Source: Piromyces finnis finn
Lineage: Eukaryota; Fungi; Neocallimastigomycota
DNA: 64,000 nt
Direction of reading: 5' to 3'
Assembly: GCA_002104945.1 (NCBI GenBank)
Contig: MCFH01000006.1
Span: 806,001 to 870,000 of the forward strand
In this document: positions 27,448 to 42,479 of the stretch, in pieces
How the letters are laid out: each line of letters begins with the position of its first letter
Position numbering within the stretch: the stretch's first letter is position 1
Translations under genes and position numbers: made by a program
Notes under the pieces: generated by a model
Told to the model about the DNA's origin: nothing
Database searches by the model: none
What the model saw: the letters and a program-made list of their open reading frames with translations, nothing else

Positions 27448-29082
27448 TTTATTGTATTTCTTGTAATTAAAATTATTTATTTAATTTAAAAAAAAAAAAC
27501 TATAAATTTGCTCTATTTTTAGAAAATGATAAAATCATATCTATATATAATTATTTTTATAGTTTTATTGTTCTTCTATATTGTTGTTAAAATTAATGTT
27601 TCAGATATTAAATATATTATTTACAACAGACTAATTTCCATTGATTTTTCTTTTTCTATTAAAAAGTAATCTATATGTAATTATCTATTATTGAATTATA
27701 TTATTATTATTATTATTATAATTGTAATATATTATTTGATTAATGATTATAAATTGATTAATTTTGTTGTTTACAATTTCCAATTGTAATTAATTAATAA
27801 AATATTTTATAACCTTTATATTTTTCTCTAAAAAATAATAAAATAAAAAAATAAATTAGTTTAGAAACAAACTTCTAGTTTACAAAATTAAAACATTTAT
27901 ATATATAAAATTAATATATATAAAAATAATCAAATTAATTATAATAATAAAAAAATAATATTAAAATAAAAAGAAATAAAGGTTAACAAACGACTAAAAC
28001 TTTTATAAAATTTTAAAAGAAAATCGAAATAGCAAATAAAAATGAATGAATAAAAAAAATTATGAAAAAAAGTTTATTATTAAAATTTTATATATTTAAT
28101 TTATAAAATAATAATTATTTTAATTAAAAAGATAGTAAAAAAAAAAACCTAAATTATAATAATTTTTGTTATAAATATTTTCAATAATTTTTTATTCCAT
28201 CTTTTATTATCAATATTATTTCTATTATTTATAATAAATATATATAAATGTGGAATTATATCATATATTCTTCCTATTCCTAATATATATTTAATTAAAG
28301 TTAAAATTCTAGGTCTTACAATCTCTTAAAAAAAAAAACAATATTTTAATATATAAAATAAATCAATTGAAAAATATATACATATATAATATATTGTTAA
28401 TATAATTATTAAATTAATTATCCATATATAATTAAATATATTTGTATTATTTGTATTATACAATAAATATAATGAATATTGCATTAAATAAATAATATAC
28501 AATCATAATTCTTAAAAATTACAATTATTTATTTAATTTTTATATATTTATTATATCATAAATATTATATTATTTAAATTTTCTTAATATTTAAAATTAA
28601 AAAATTAAATATGTTTAATATAAAATTAATATGCTTTTTAATTATTGGCTATATATAGAATTTATTTAAACAATGTATTATCAATATAAAATACCATATA
28701 TTAATTTAATCTTTGATTAACTAGATTCTTTGTGTAATCAAAAATCATCCTTTTTATTTATTATTTTTATCCAAAATTATTATAGTATGTGTAACCTTCA
28801 AAAAAAAATAATCCTATTTAATTTAGCATAGAATTAAAAAAGAATAAGAGTCATTTTCTTTTAAAATATTGATTATTTCCAAAAAAAGTAAATTATTAAT
28901 TAAATTAAAAGAAAAATTTTATTCCTTAATATTATTATAATATTTACTTTTCTCTCCTTTTATTCCTTTTATTGACAGCTCATTGAGATTTATTAAAGTA
29001 TGATAATTAGATATTAAATAAAATAAAAAAAAAAGGCTTTGATGTGAATTTTTCTCATATAATTTATTATAGAAACATCATA

Positions 29083-29290
29083 ATTGATTTATGAAAATTT
29101 ATATAAGTATAGAGCCATTAATAGTAATACTGCTGGTAGAAAAAATCTACTTGCAAATCTCAAAATTGAAAAATCTAAATAAGATTTAACTATACAAAAT
29201 TTAGAAAATACCCTACCTTAGAGGGCCGAAACCGACCCCTCCAAAAAGTGGAGTATCTTTTCTAAATCATCATTGATTTATGAAAATTTA
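29083..29290. repeat. 19-bp direct repeat (attgatttatgaaaattta) flanking a 170-bp segment with a GC-rich hairpin; possible small insertion element
   Basis: Exact copies at 29083-29101 and 29272-29290. Core gagggccgaaaccgacccctc at 29221-29241. Confidence 0.5.
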
Positions 29291-29958
29291 AAAATAATGG
29301 CACCTTAACAATTAAATAATTTATTCTAATAAAGATTTTTCTTTTTTTTGTTATTATAATTATTATTAAAGCGATAAACATTTTATCCATTTATATTCTC
29401 TTATTTATTATATAAAGGTATTTTATTATTTGATATTAATTCATCTACTTTATGATTTCACATAAATCAACAATTTAATTAATTGTTTACATAATGGATT
29501 AATTATAATCTTCAAAATTTATATTAATATATTATGGTTTGATAATTAAAAATGATATTAGTTTTTAATTCAATATAAAAAGATATTTTTATATAATATT
29601 TTATTTAAATCATATAAATATGCTACATATGGTATATAATTATAAAACTTTTTATTTTTTATCATAAAAATGTTCGATTAAACTTTTAATATATTATAAT
29701 ATCACATCCTATTTAAAAATGCAATCTATACTTTCCTTTTTATATACAAATAAAAAATCAACATTTGCTTAATTAATATATAATTTTATTTAACAGTAAA
29801 AGTATCAATACTTCTTATATAAATCAACCACTTAATACGTAAAATGTATACATAAAATTTTATAATTATTATGTAATGTAGAGAATTTTTTTATGAAAAC
29901 TTCATTTTAAAAAATATATTGACAAAAATATTTGACGTTTTATTCTATCAAAATTAAA

Positions 29959-30998
29959 ATGTCTTCTCAACATTTCATACCTCCTTTGGTAAAATATATT
30001 AATAATTATTCTACTAAAAATAACAAATGGCAATGTTTAAATAATAAATTATGATTTATAATGTTAATTAATATTATTTATTATTTTATATATATTCAAA
30101 TCTTTTCAATCTTTCAATGAATTATACATGTGCATGCAACTCATCTTTATAAAAAAAATGACATACTATAAAAATGGTGTTCAAAATAAAATTTTATTTT
30201 AGAATTTTGGGTTAGTCGAGGAAGATTTATATCGTTCAGGTCAACCAAATGAACTAAATTTTCCATATCTAGAAAGATTAGGATTAAAAACTGTTGTTTT
30301 CTTAGCCCCTGAAGAACCAAATCAAAAATTGTTAGCATTTTTATATATAATTAAAAATAATAATGTTATTTGAATAAATAAATTCAATACTATTTATAAA
30401 ATAAATTATTAAATGCAATATTCAATTTAACAAAAATAAAAGAAATTAATAAATTTCAATTACTTTCAAAATAATTTTTTTAAAATATATATACAGTTTA
30501 AATTTTATTGATGACCAAGAAATTCAACTTTATCATTTAGGAAGTACTTCAACTTCAGCATGGGATAACATTTCAGAAGAAATTGTACTAGAAGCCCTGG
30601 ATTTAATATTAAATCCTGAAAATTATCCATTAATAGTAATGTGCAATTTAGGAAGACATAGAACAGGTAAATAATAAATTGCTAATATGAAATGGAAAAG
30701 TGATAAATTTTATTTGTCACTCTTATAACATAAAACTCGAATATATTAACTAGAACTAAATTAATTTTTTTTCTTTTTTTTTTTTTTTTTTTTTTTTTGC
30801 GTATGTATATAATATATATTGTGTAAAGGTACGGTTATTGGTTGTTTAAGAAAACTTCAACGTTGGAATTTAACCTCAATTTTTGAAGAATATAGAAGAT
30901 ATGCTGGACCAAAAGTTAGACTTTTAAATGAACAGTTTATAGAACTTTTTGATACAGATTTGGTTAGGATCCCTCCACAATATGTGAAATGGCTATAG
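29959..30998 (+). CDS. OCA1: OCA1/SIW14-family (PFA-DSP) phosphatase; 4 exons
   Basis: [10 protein letters not shown]|[39 protein letters not shown]..|..[10 protein letters not shown]|[27 protein letters not shown]. The CX5R motif CNLGRHR is intact and resembles OCA1. Confidence 0.9.
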
Positions 30999-31107
30999 AA
31001 TTTCCTTTTAAGTATTTTTGATGTATTAAATAAAGTCTTTGAAATCATAAAGTAGGAAAAGTGATAAAACAACATATACCATCCATCAAATAATGAAAGA
31101 AAAAGAA

Positions 31108-31148
<41 letters not shown>

Positions 31149-31784
31149 ATTTATACAAGTATCTTCATAAAATATATTAAATATTATTTCTAAAGTATAC
31201 ATTTCACCATTTCTATAGTTGGTATTTTTTATTATTTATTAAAGAAACATTTTAAATAATCAATTATGAATATTTTTGTAAATAAATAAGTATATATACA
31301 AAAAAAAAAAAAAGTATTTAAATTTTTTCAATTATATTATTTAATATATAAATGGTTATTTTATGTTATTTAAATGTTAAGGATAAATACAAATAAAAAT
31401 TATAAGAATATTTTATATACTTTCTAAAAATACTAATGATATGAAAATAATAACTAAATAATAAGTACTAGAAAAAAAAGCTATTATTATTATTTTTTAT
31501 TATTTATATTGTATCTATGTAATATATAAATATAAATAAATTTGGTATAATTGTTCAGTAAATGTTAAATACTTTTTAAAAAATGAAAACAAAAAAATTA
31601 AAAAAGGAAATGAAAAAAAAAAAAAGACAATTTTTGTTGCTTCCTTTTTTTTCATTCCTTTTTTTTCATATCTTGGAAATATTGAAATTATTTATTAAAT
31701 AAAAAAAAGAAAAAAGAAAAAAGAAAATCAAACTTCAAAATAAATATTTATTTAAAATTATTACTTATATATAAATAAAAGATA

Positions 31785-31789
<5 letters not shown>

Positions 31790-31857
<68 letters not shown>
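31790..31857. repeat. (ATT)n microsatellite
   Basis: About 22 perfect ATT units. Confidence 0.95.
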
Positions 31858-31861
<4 letters not shown>

Positions 31862-32423
31862 TTTTTTTTTTTTTTTCTTGTCGTATGCATTTATTCTTTT
31901 ATTTGTTGATTTAACTTGGTTTATTTTTTAATTAAAAGAAAACTAGCCTTTTTATTTTAGCCCATATTTATATTTAATATTATTAAGCAAGATAAACTAT
32001 TGGTTTACTATTGATACTAATGTTTTGACTTTAAAAAACGAATTGATTTTCATTATCATTTCTCTTTTTTAAGTAAAATATAATCAGAACATACTTGAGA
32101 TAAACTTCAATTTTTATGTTTCATTATTTTTCTAATATAGAATTTTTTCAGTTTTATTGAAATGGTCAATAGTGGTATAATGATCATTTATATAATAGTC
32201 ATTGGTATACAAAGTTTCATGAGTATTCACTTTATTTGGATAAACATATCACCACTTAGATAGTATTTCTTAAGTAAAATACTTTTTTTTTGTGGATAAA
32301 AGTTATCAGTTCTCTTCATCTCATTGACATTAGAACTCTTTTTTTTTTTTTTTTTTTTTTTGATAGATTACCATGATATATTCCTTTTGTGTTGACCATA
32401 TCATCAGCATAATATTCAGTATT

Positions 32424-35400
32424 TTATAATAATTTATTAAGATAAATATTTTCAGTTTTTACTACATCATTTGAATAATTATTATTGGAATGATCACTTT
32501 GAGAGAAATTATATTCTGTTTTTACATGAGATTCTTCTGCACTATCATATTCTTGTTTTATTTTAGTAATATCATCTTTATCATCATCATATTCTTGCTT
32601 AATATTTTCCTCATCATTGTCTTGTTCCTGCTTAATTTTAGTAGCATCATCATCATATTCATCATCATCATCATCATCATATTCTTGTTTAATATAATCT
32701 AATGCTGATGTACAGTCTTCATAAGGTTCATGAGAACCATAAGCTTGATTCTTTTTTATTGAAATATTTATTAAAGAATTTTGGAAATCATCTTTATTAT
32801 TTAAAGTTTTTTCTTCTTCTTCTTCTTTTTCAGTTTTAATAGTCTTCTTTTTATTATAGTTGGGTTCCTTCTTTACCTTAGATAAAATGGATTTATCACT
32901 ACTTTTAAACGATTCTTTTTCACTATTCTCATTCTCTTCAATATCCTTTTCATTCTCGATTTCTGGATATATAACATCCTTCATATTATTCGCTATTATG
33001 TTTTCATAATTAAATAAATGTTTATCTTTATTTATTTCTTCTCTTTCTGTATTTTCACCTTTGTTTTTTATATTTTCTTCAACTTCTATTTCCATATTAT
33101 TATTATGATCAATAACTTTACCATTAATTTCATTTCCAATAATATTTTCATTAATAATGAATTCTTCATTTGATTCAATGATACTTTTACTTTCTTCCAA
33201 TGTGCTATTTTCAGCGGATTCAAATATGCTTTCATCTTCTTCTAAAATGCTATCTTCATTAAAGTCAACTTGTTTTTGTAAATATTCCGGCTCAGGTGAT
33301 GCTCTTAAAGTAGTAGGTGATCCTACACTAAATTCAGATTTAGCTTGAATCGACTGTGACTGAATAGTAGATAAATTATTTGTTTTACTTAATTTCGTAG
33401 ATGATGAAGGACTTAAAGAAAGTCTTGTAGTAACCATTTCAGAATCATCTGCATTATTGGTCTTATTCTTGATTTTTGGATGATGTAATAAATTAGAATG
33501 TTTAATATGATAAGATAACTTTGGTAATTTCTTAAGATCAAAACTATCTGAATATCTACGATAAGGTTGCTTCTTAATATAATTATAGTTATATCCATTA
33601 TAAAGATTAAAAGACAATTTCCTAGGAGAAGACAGTCTTCGTCTATTGTGAATAGCTTGTTTTTTCTCTTTGATAAAGGTTAATGAATCTTTACGTTTAA
33701 AGTTATTATTTAAAATACGACTTAATGAATTTTGTTCAAAGGATTGTTTAATTCTACAAACTCTTGAATGAGTTGAATTTGAAAAAAGGCTTGTAGTATC
33801 AATTTCAATATTTGATTTTGAATCGAAATTGATACTATCGATATCTAATAATGTTTTTTTATTAAGAGCTTTTTTATCTGTCTTATTTAAATTATTTAGT
33901 TTTTGATTTATCATATCTGAACTAATTTTTGGTCTGTCCTTAATAGATTCTAATATCTGCTTGGAAGAAGATGTAATTGTATATTTCTCTTCATTTTGAA
34001 TATTATCTTTCTCTTCCTCATCTTCACTATATTTCTCAATATTTGGCATTTCTTCATCATTATCACCATTTTCATTGATTTCATCAAGAGACATTTCTTC
34101 TTCCACATTATCTCCATTATCTTTATATGTAGTTTTCTGATTTTCTATACCATCTATTTCAATATTCTTTGTTTGATGGATTTGTTCCTTATTATTTAGA
34201 GATTGATGCTTAATTTTCTCTATACTATCACTAATAAAACTTTTTCTTCTGGTATATACTGGTATCTTAGATTTACTCATATCATGATGTGATTTAGTTG
34301 CTGTTGAAACTGGTATCGTGGATGTCTTATATGATGGTATATAAGACATTGTATATCTTCTATTACTAGAATCAATTGATGATTTGCGCTTTATTGACGA
34401 TTCTAATTCATTTATTAAATTTCTCTGGAACTCTGGGTCTCTCGATGCCGTTTTCAAATTTTTCCTAAAATCGATCTTTGATGATTTATACTTTTTAATT
34501 GAATTATCACTATTTTGTCTTCTCACATGTCTCAAGAATGGTTTGAAAACAGGCGATTCATTATTAGGATATTGAAAAACACCAGAACCATTTCTTTTGA
34601 CATTTGTACTATATTGTATAAATTATCATTATTGTTATTATTACAATATTATCAAAAAAATTTTAATAGTATTTAATAAATTTTATTTCATTATAAAAAT
34701 ATATAATTTAATAACTTATACATATTATAATTTAATAACTTACTTTATTCTCACACTATTTTTTTTGTTGGTTTTTGATTTAAATTCTTCAATTAATTGA
34801 TCCATAAAATTGGAATTCGGAACCAAATCCTTATTAACAATTTTCTTTTTTTTCATTTTTAAAGTATTTTTATTATATGCTAAAACATCTTGTAAACCAG
34901 AAGCTTTAATTGTTGAAATATTAAACATTGGTGGGGGTGGAGGAGGTGGAGGTGGAGGTGCAACTGGTTTCTGATATACTTTACTCGATCTGCGAATAGG
35001 TTTGTTTAATGTATCATCTTTACTCTTCTTTCTTGAAGGGGAATCCAAAACATTTTCTAATTTGGATAATTCACTATAAAACGCACTAATATCATTTGAA
35101 ATATCTTCTGAATTTTGTAATTTTTGTGTGCAATTCATAAAAATCATTTTTAGTCTTTCAATTTCATTAGAACCAGGGCTACTTTCTAAAATATCTTGAA
35201 GTGTTTGTTTTGATTTTGGAGTAGTTGGTAAATTTGAAGAATTTGGTTCCATTGGAGTTTTAGTCTTATTAGCATTATCCACCAAAATTTTATCATTGCT
35301 ATTAACTTGTTTGGTATCTTCACTACTTAATTTATTAATTCTATCTGAACTATTATTATTTTTTACAGTTTTAGAATTAAAATTTGATTTTCCAAATATA

Positions 35401-36480
35401 GAGGGAGGTTTCAAAAAAGAACTAATATTTGAATTAATATTTTTTTCGGAGACTTCATTTATATTTTCTAAAGATTTTTTATCTAACTTTTTTGATGAAT
35501 CATTTATATCCAAGTTCTCTATGCTTGAAGAAAATCCACTCTGTTTAGAAGAAAGGTTACTTGATCTATTACTATCACCCTTACTATTTTTATTATTATT
35601 TTTGGTATTATTACTTGAAATATCATTACTATTATTAGTAGTAATTGTTGTTGTGGTGGTGGTGGTAATAATACCACTAGTATCATTCGTATCATCATAA
35701 TTATCAGTATTATTATTAATGTCATTACTATTATTATTATTATTATTATCATTATTATTAGTAGTAGTAGTAGTCATTATTATTTGATTATTAGAACTTT
35801 CATTAGATAAACTTTCTTGAAATTCTTTTAATGAAGAAAAATTCTCGAAAAATATTGTTTTCCTTCTATTAATGAAATTATTAAAAGCGTTTTTAATTCC
35901 TGAACCATTTTTTTCTATTTTTTCAATATGACTTCCATAACTACTTTTACATGGTTTGTCTTCTTTTTTAACGAAATTACTTTTTTTTTCAACAATTAAT
36001 TTACGTTTGGTATCTTTTTTTATTAATTTTGAATTATTATTTTTTTTTATTGCATATAATTTACGAGCACCATTATCATTTATTCTGGGCACTGATTTAC
36101 CATCTTCATTTTTTCTTTCCCTATTCAACATTAAATAATCTGAACTTTTTCCCTTTATATTTGGATTGTTAGTTTTCCAATCAAGAGTTTTAATTTTTTC
36201 ATTTTTAATAAAGGATTCTATTTTTGTTTTATCACTCAATATCACATTTGTTGATGTCGAACTTAACTCTTTTTATTCATCAATTTAAATGTTTTAAAAT
36301 AAAATGTATTCATCAATTCCATTAATAATTAATTAAATATTAAATATAAAATATAAAATATTATTATATTATATTATATTATATTATATTATATTATATT
36401 ATATTACCTGCACTATCACTTTTTGAAAAAATATCTTTTCTTTTAGACTCAGAAATGGATTTTCTATCAATACCATTATC
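32424..36480 (-). CDS. Large, mostly disordered protein with a polyproline tract, WH2-like motifs and an acidic KQEYDDD-repeat C-terminus; 5' end uncertain
   Basis: ORFs 34740-36245 and 32424-34535 join through a phase-2 intron (ATAAA|GTAATT...ATATAG|T ACA AAT). An upstream exon at ~36480-36408 (DNGIDRKS...DSAG) also joins in frame. The start exon was not resolved. Confidence 0.72.
36361..36405. repeat. (ATATT)n pentanucleotide repeat inside an intron
   Basis: About 9 tandem units visible. Confidence 0.85.
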
Positions 36481-38212
36481 CTACGTAAATATATTTAATA
36501 AAATATTAATATGTAATAAAATTATAATTTGGTAAGAAGTAATTAAACAATTTTCTTAAAGAAAAAATATAGACAAATATTGATACATACTTTAAATAAA
36601 TTTCTTTAAGTTTTAATTACATAATTGTATTGTATTTATAATAAAAGAAATAAAGTTAGAATTTCGTAAAAATATAAGAATAAAAATAATATATTTATTT
36701 ATTTATTTATTATAATATTTTACTTTGAAAATAAGGATAGACGTCTAAACATAACTATTATTAATTAAAAGAAAAATAAGGGAAAAGATAATTAAATATA
36801 TTTATTAACTTTTAATTGTTAATAAAATAAAGGTTTATTTTAAATTCGAAATTTTAATTAATTTCTCTTTATTTTTCTTTGATAATATAAAAATATAAAA
36901 AATTAAAAATAAGTTTTTCTTTGTAAAATTATCTTTTAACCCTAAATTATTTTTATTTTTCCTTCTTCTATTTGTTATTTCCCATATTAATATATTCTTT
37001 TCTTGATTAAGATGTTAAAATGGATATATCTGTTTAATATACAATACCACAATTACTATTATTATACTATAAATATATATACAATTAAATTTAATAAATA
37101 AAAAAAAAAAAAAGAAAAAAAAAAGTATTCTCTTTCTTTTTTTTTTTTTTTTTTTTAAGTATTTGAATAGAACAAATTAAAAAATATGGATTTTTTAATT
37201 TCAAATATTTAAATAAATGTATAAAATATACTTAAATGTATTGGATATAAATTAATATTATTAAAACACCATAGAAATAAATAAAAAATATATAAGGAAA
37301 ATAATATGAATAGCAAATCTTAATAATAATTAAAAAAAAAAATAATAATAATATTAAATATTAAATAATAAATAAACGATACATAATATATAATTTAATA
37401 TATATATAAGTAATTTTAATTAATAACATTTTATATATTTGTCTTTTTAATGTTTTTTCAGTTACGAACAGTATAACACTTTACATTTTTATATACAAAT
37501 CATTATAATACTTATTTTTTATAATAAATAAAAGTAATAATACAACTGAAAATATTAAAAAGGACAAATAGTGAAAGAAATATGTCATAATTTAAATATA
37601 ATAATAGTTTTTGTATCGCCACATATTTTTAATGGAAATAAAAAAAGCATGCCTAAAAAATACACTAATTTAAGGTGCCATTCCTGTTATAATAATATTA
37701 TTATTAAAGATATCTACATAATATTTGAACTAGTTATAGCTTATATCATTAAAATAACCTATCAAAAATTTTTACAAAATAAATCATTTACTTTTATACT
37801 TTTATACAAGAATATTGATAATAATTTAATATTTTATTAATGCAACTATCTTATATTTTCGGGGAAATTATTACAATTTTACAAAAAGAATTATTTTTTT
37901 AAATATAATATAAAGACTACTTTTTTAAAATAAAATTACTTTTTATTTGTTTATTATTAGTATTCAATGCTTATCATAATTATAAAAAAATTTATTTAAT
38001 ATCTATAATAAAATATAATTATTGATAAAAATAAAAAAAAAAAAGGACATATAAATAATTTTTTAATGATGATTTATATAACTTGAATATTTATGAAAAT
38101 ATTGGAAAATTGTTCCTTTTATTTTGTCTTTAATTTTTTACTTTTTTTTTGGTTATTTTAAATTTAGTTTATTCTTTATGATTAAAGATAATATTTATTT
38201 TTATAATTAAAA

Positions 38213-39373
38213 TTAAACTGTATTAGCGAATTCGGATTCGATACTTGGTTCTAAAAGTGAAGCATGAATTAATATAATTGATGAAGATACACCAACTAAA
38301 AATTAATTAACATAAATAATAAATGTTTAATTAATATATTTATAAAAGTTTTATTTATTATGATTATAAAACAATGTAAAATACTTACCAATCCAGAATA
38401 AAGCACTACCACCACTGCTCATATATAATAATATTATACTTACTATAAAATAATAAATAAACGTATAATAAGATTTAGATTTATATAAGTATGTGTTAAT
38501 ACATAATTTTATTACACTTTTTAGATATATTATATACTTACAAATACCCAAAATGATATATAAAGACTTTTGATCAGCTTTATATCCAAATAAATCTAAT
38601 GGTTGATCAGCAGGGCGTTTGCTTATATAATAAAATCCAGCTCTTATTTATTTATGTAATATAAAAGTATAAAAATATATAATTTATGATTATTATAATG
38701 TTAAACAATGGGTTTTTATTGTTACTTTTATTTTTTAAAAAATCTCATTAACTTACCCAATAAGAATACAAGAAAAGAGTAAGAATAAATTAGTAATCAT
38801 AATGTAAACTAATAAAATAAGAACAATAACCAAATAATTGGCTTGGAAATATACTAAATTATGGCTAATTTTCTTTGTAATATCAGAAATATCTTTTGGC
38901 TTAGATATACGATTCTATTTAAAATATATATATATATATAATTTTTTATTAGTAATTAGTTTTTCTTGCCATTTTATTATTTTTTTTTCATCAAACTGTT
39001 TTTAATTTTTTTTTATTTTTTAAATTTTTTATATTATATTTTTATTCAAAGTATTTAAACATATATATATAAATTTAACGTTTTATGTATTAATTTTACA
39101 ATAGAAATTTTTCATTCCTGAAGATATTTAATACAATTAACAACTTTATTTTGTTTTTAAATCCGGTTATTTATTTATATATACCTTATCAAAGAAATCA
39201 GACCAAGGCTTTAACATTGAAAATCTCTTTTCTTTAATTTGTCTAAATGTTTCATTTGCATTAGAAAGTAATGGAACATTTATACCGATAAAACCAGTGT
39301 TTTCATTTTCATTAAGACTAGATATTGAACTAGCTTGATTCATGTTCATATTTCCACTTAATTCGTTATCCAT
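38213..39373 (-). CDS. YIP3: Prenylated Rab acceptor PRA1/Yip3 family membrane protein; multi-exon
   Basis: KRFSMLKPWSDFFDK|NRISKPKDISDITKKISHNLVYFQANYLVIVLIL...SGGSALFWI|LVGVSSSIILIHASLLEPSIESEFANTV*, containing the PRA1 motifs LxPWxDF, NLxYFxxNY and HASL. Confidence 0.9.
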
Positions 39374-39770
39374 TTTATTTTAGAATAATTGCTTTGTTTT
39401 TACTTTATTTTATTACAGAGTTTGTTTATTTATAAAATTTTAATTTTTAATTTATTTATATTTTAAACAGAATTAAAATCTAGAGTATTTTTTAATCTAT
39501 ACTTGCAGAAAATTTCAAAGTAGGATATAATTATTTAAATAAATAAATAGAATAAGATGTATATATAAAAAATTTTTAATTAATCAGTAATAATGCATAA
39601 ATGAAAATAAATTAAAATATTTTATATAGTTATTAATTTAACATCGATAATAAGCAATGACATTTTATATTGTTAATTTAATATCGAAAATAAAAAAAGA
39701 AAATAATTATGAAATATAAATTAAATCGATTTAAGTATATTTACCGTTTTTAAGATTTTTGTCTTTTTAA

Positions 39771-39805
<35 letters not shown>

Positions 39806-40117
39806 AGAATAACCACGAAAAGTAAAAATAAAAAAATCTTTTTATAGAAATTTTAATCATATTAAATTATAATCTAATATATTATTTCCTATTTAAAATT
39901 ATATTAGAATGATAATGAAATTAAGTTTTATGAATAGATAATATATTAAAAATATAATATATTATTTAAAGTTTTATGATTAATATATCATTATAATATT
40001 CCATCATAAATTGTAATATGTCAGAAAAATCTTTTTTTTAAATATGCTTGAATGAAATTAAAACAAGTGTTACAATATTACAATTTTATTTTTAAATGAT
40101 AATTATACTATTCACTG

Positions 40118-40230
<113 letters not shown>

Positions 40231-40757
40231 TATATAATTATAATTAATAAAATGTTTTCATAAACTTTCAATAATATAATGTTCATACATTTAATACTGT
40301 AATTAGAATACTATTATTAAAAAAGATTATATTTTTAAAAATAAATACATTTATTTGTTTTCTGTATTACAATATAAAAATATATTAAGCTTTATATATT
40401 AACATTGAATATATAAAGACTTTTACTTCATTTCATATTACAAAGCAATAAAATAAATAATAGTAATAAATAATAAATTATAATGGATAATTTTTTTTAC
40501 TCAGTTTATATTTTTATCAAAATAAAATCTTTCGTTTTTTATTTTATTTATTGTTAATTAATAATATATATAATATTACATTTGAATAATTCAACTGTTT
40601 CAATTTCTAATATAATATATAATTCATATAGCCTATTTAGATAATGGGTAGGTGAATAAATTTTATTAATATTCCACAATTAATTTTATTACTTAATCCA
40701 CAAATATTATAATTAGTAATTTATGCAGTAATATTATTATTACTGTTTATAATATAT

Positions 40758-41647
40758 TTAAGAAGGAATGAAAATGTTTTTCGGTATTTTACATCGTTTT
40801 GTCATAAACCTATATGTTTAACCCAAAAAATATATAAAAAATAATGATATTAATATTTTAGGTATTTATTCATCTTTTAGTTTTTAAAAATTATCATAAT
40901 ATAACTAACCATCCATCATGATATGATTTATGTGGAAACTTTGGTGAAAATTCAAAATCAAATTGTTTGTAAAAACTTATTACATCATCTAAACTATATA
41001 ATAAAATATCTTTATCTTTGGCATTAGCAATGCTTGACATACGATTCATTAATAGTTTTCCTATACCTAATCCTTTATATTCTTGTTTAACTGCTATCAC
41101 CTCAAGCCACATATAACGCTTCATAAAAACATATTCCATAACAGCAACAACCTCTACGTTTTTAGGAGAAAAAGAACGATTTTTTTTTGAAGTTAAAGCA
41201 TTAAATTCACCATTTAAATTATCTATAGATTCATTAACTCTCCCTTCATATTTAATATAATTTTTACGATTATATTTTAATTTATGGCAATATACACAAC
41301 GTTCATCTTCTTCACCTTTTTCAAAATTGACATTATCATTATCATTAAACAGAAGAATACGACGATGTGGATGAGGATGCATATATTGACGATTATCACT
41401 ATCAGTACTGTCTATTAATGTAGTGGAAGAGTCTAAAGAATCAAAATCATTGTTGTTTTTTGAATTACTTATATGAAGCCATGAATTGTTTTCTGAACAA
41501 TATTTTAAATCAACTTCTGTCATGTCTTGAGAATCATCATCTATAAGTATACTTGATGAAGATTGGTCTTGATAGGACATAAATGAAGCATCCTTATTTA
41601 ATGATAAATTCATAATATTGTTATATTTGGAATTGGTAATATTATTG

Positions 41648-41712
<65 letters not shown>

Positions 41713-42209
41713 TACATTATTGGATTGATATTCATTATAATTATTTTTATTATAATCATAATTATAATCGCTACTAAACTGAAAAGAATTACTTTTCAAA
41801 AAATTCTTGGCAGATTCACTATCATCATGCTTATGACATTCACAATACAACTTAGAACTTGTTCTTACTTTTTCTTTTACAATTATATCAAGAGTAAGGC
41901 CTTCATCTAAACTTGAATCTAAATGAACACACATATCTTTTGCCGAGAATTCAGTTTTTACCAGCTCATTTGCTTGATTAAACAAGAATAATAAATCAGA
42001 ATTATTTTCTAATTCTATTTCAGATTGGAGAGTCACAATTTGGAATGGATTTTCTATTCTAGGTACTAAAATTGAACTTAACATCGATGTATCTGTAATC
42101 TTTAAACTTTGATCAATATCGAAAGAAAGATCATCATTATAACTTTCAGTAATATTTAATAAGTTGCCAAGATTTTGTCTTTCATTTGATAAACCCATTA
42201 AAAATACTA

Positions 42210-42245
<36 letters not shown>

Positions 42246-42383
42246 AATAAAGGCGAACAATAATACATTGTAGTGATAATACAAGTTGAAAGTATCATTA
42301 TTTAAAATGTTTTAATTGTTTTATTTTATTATATATATAATAATAAATTATTAATAAAAAAAACATTAACTTCAATTATTATG

Positions 42384-42423
<40 letters not shown>

Positions 42424-42446
42424 ATTAAATATTTATATAAAGAATC

Positions 42447-42479
<33 letters not shown>

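Noticed and set aside
32490-36138. Hydrophobic plus-strand ORFs that look like membrane proteins
   Set aside because: Antisense shadows of Lys/Asn/Glu-rich coding sequence; AT-rich reverse frames naturally give F/L/I runs.
29296-37683. Shared 13-mer ttaaggtgccatt in inverted orientation at ~29296 and ~37670 (possible terminal inverted repeats)
   Set aside because: The match does not extend, there is no TSD, the interval contains ordinary host genes, and such matches are expected by chance in 64 kb.
37571-37840. 89-aa plus-strand ORF
   Set aside because: Intergenic-like composition (I/N/K/Y-rich), with no motif or splice support.
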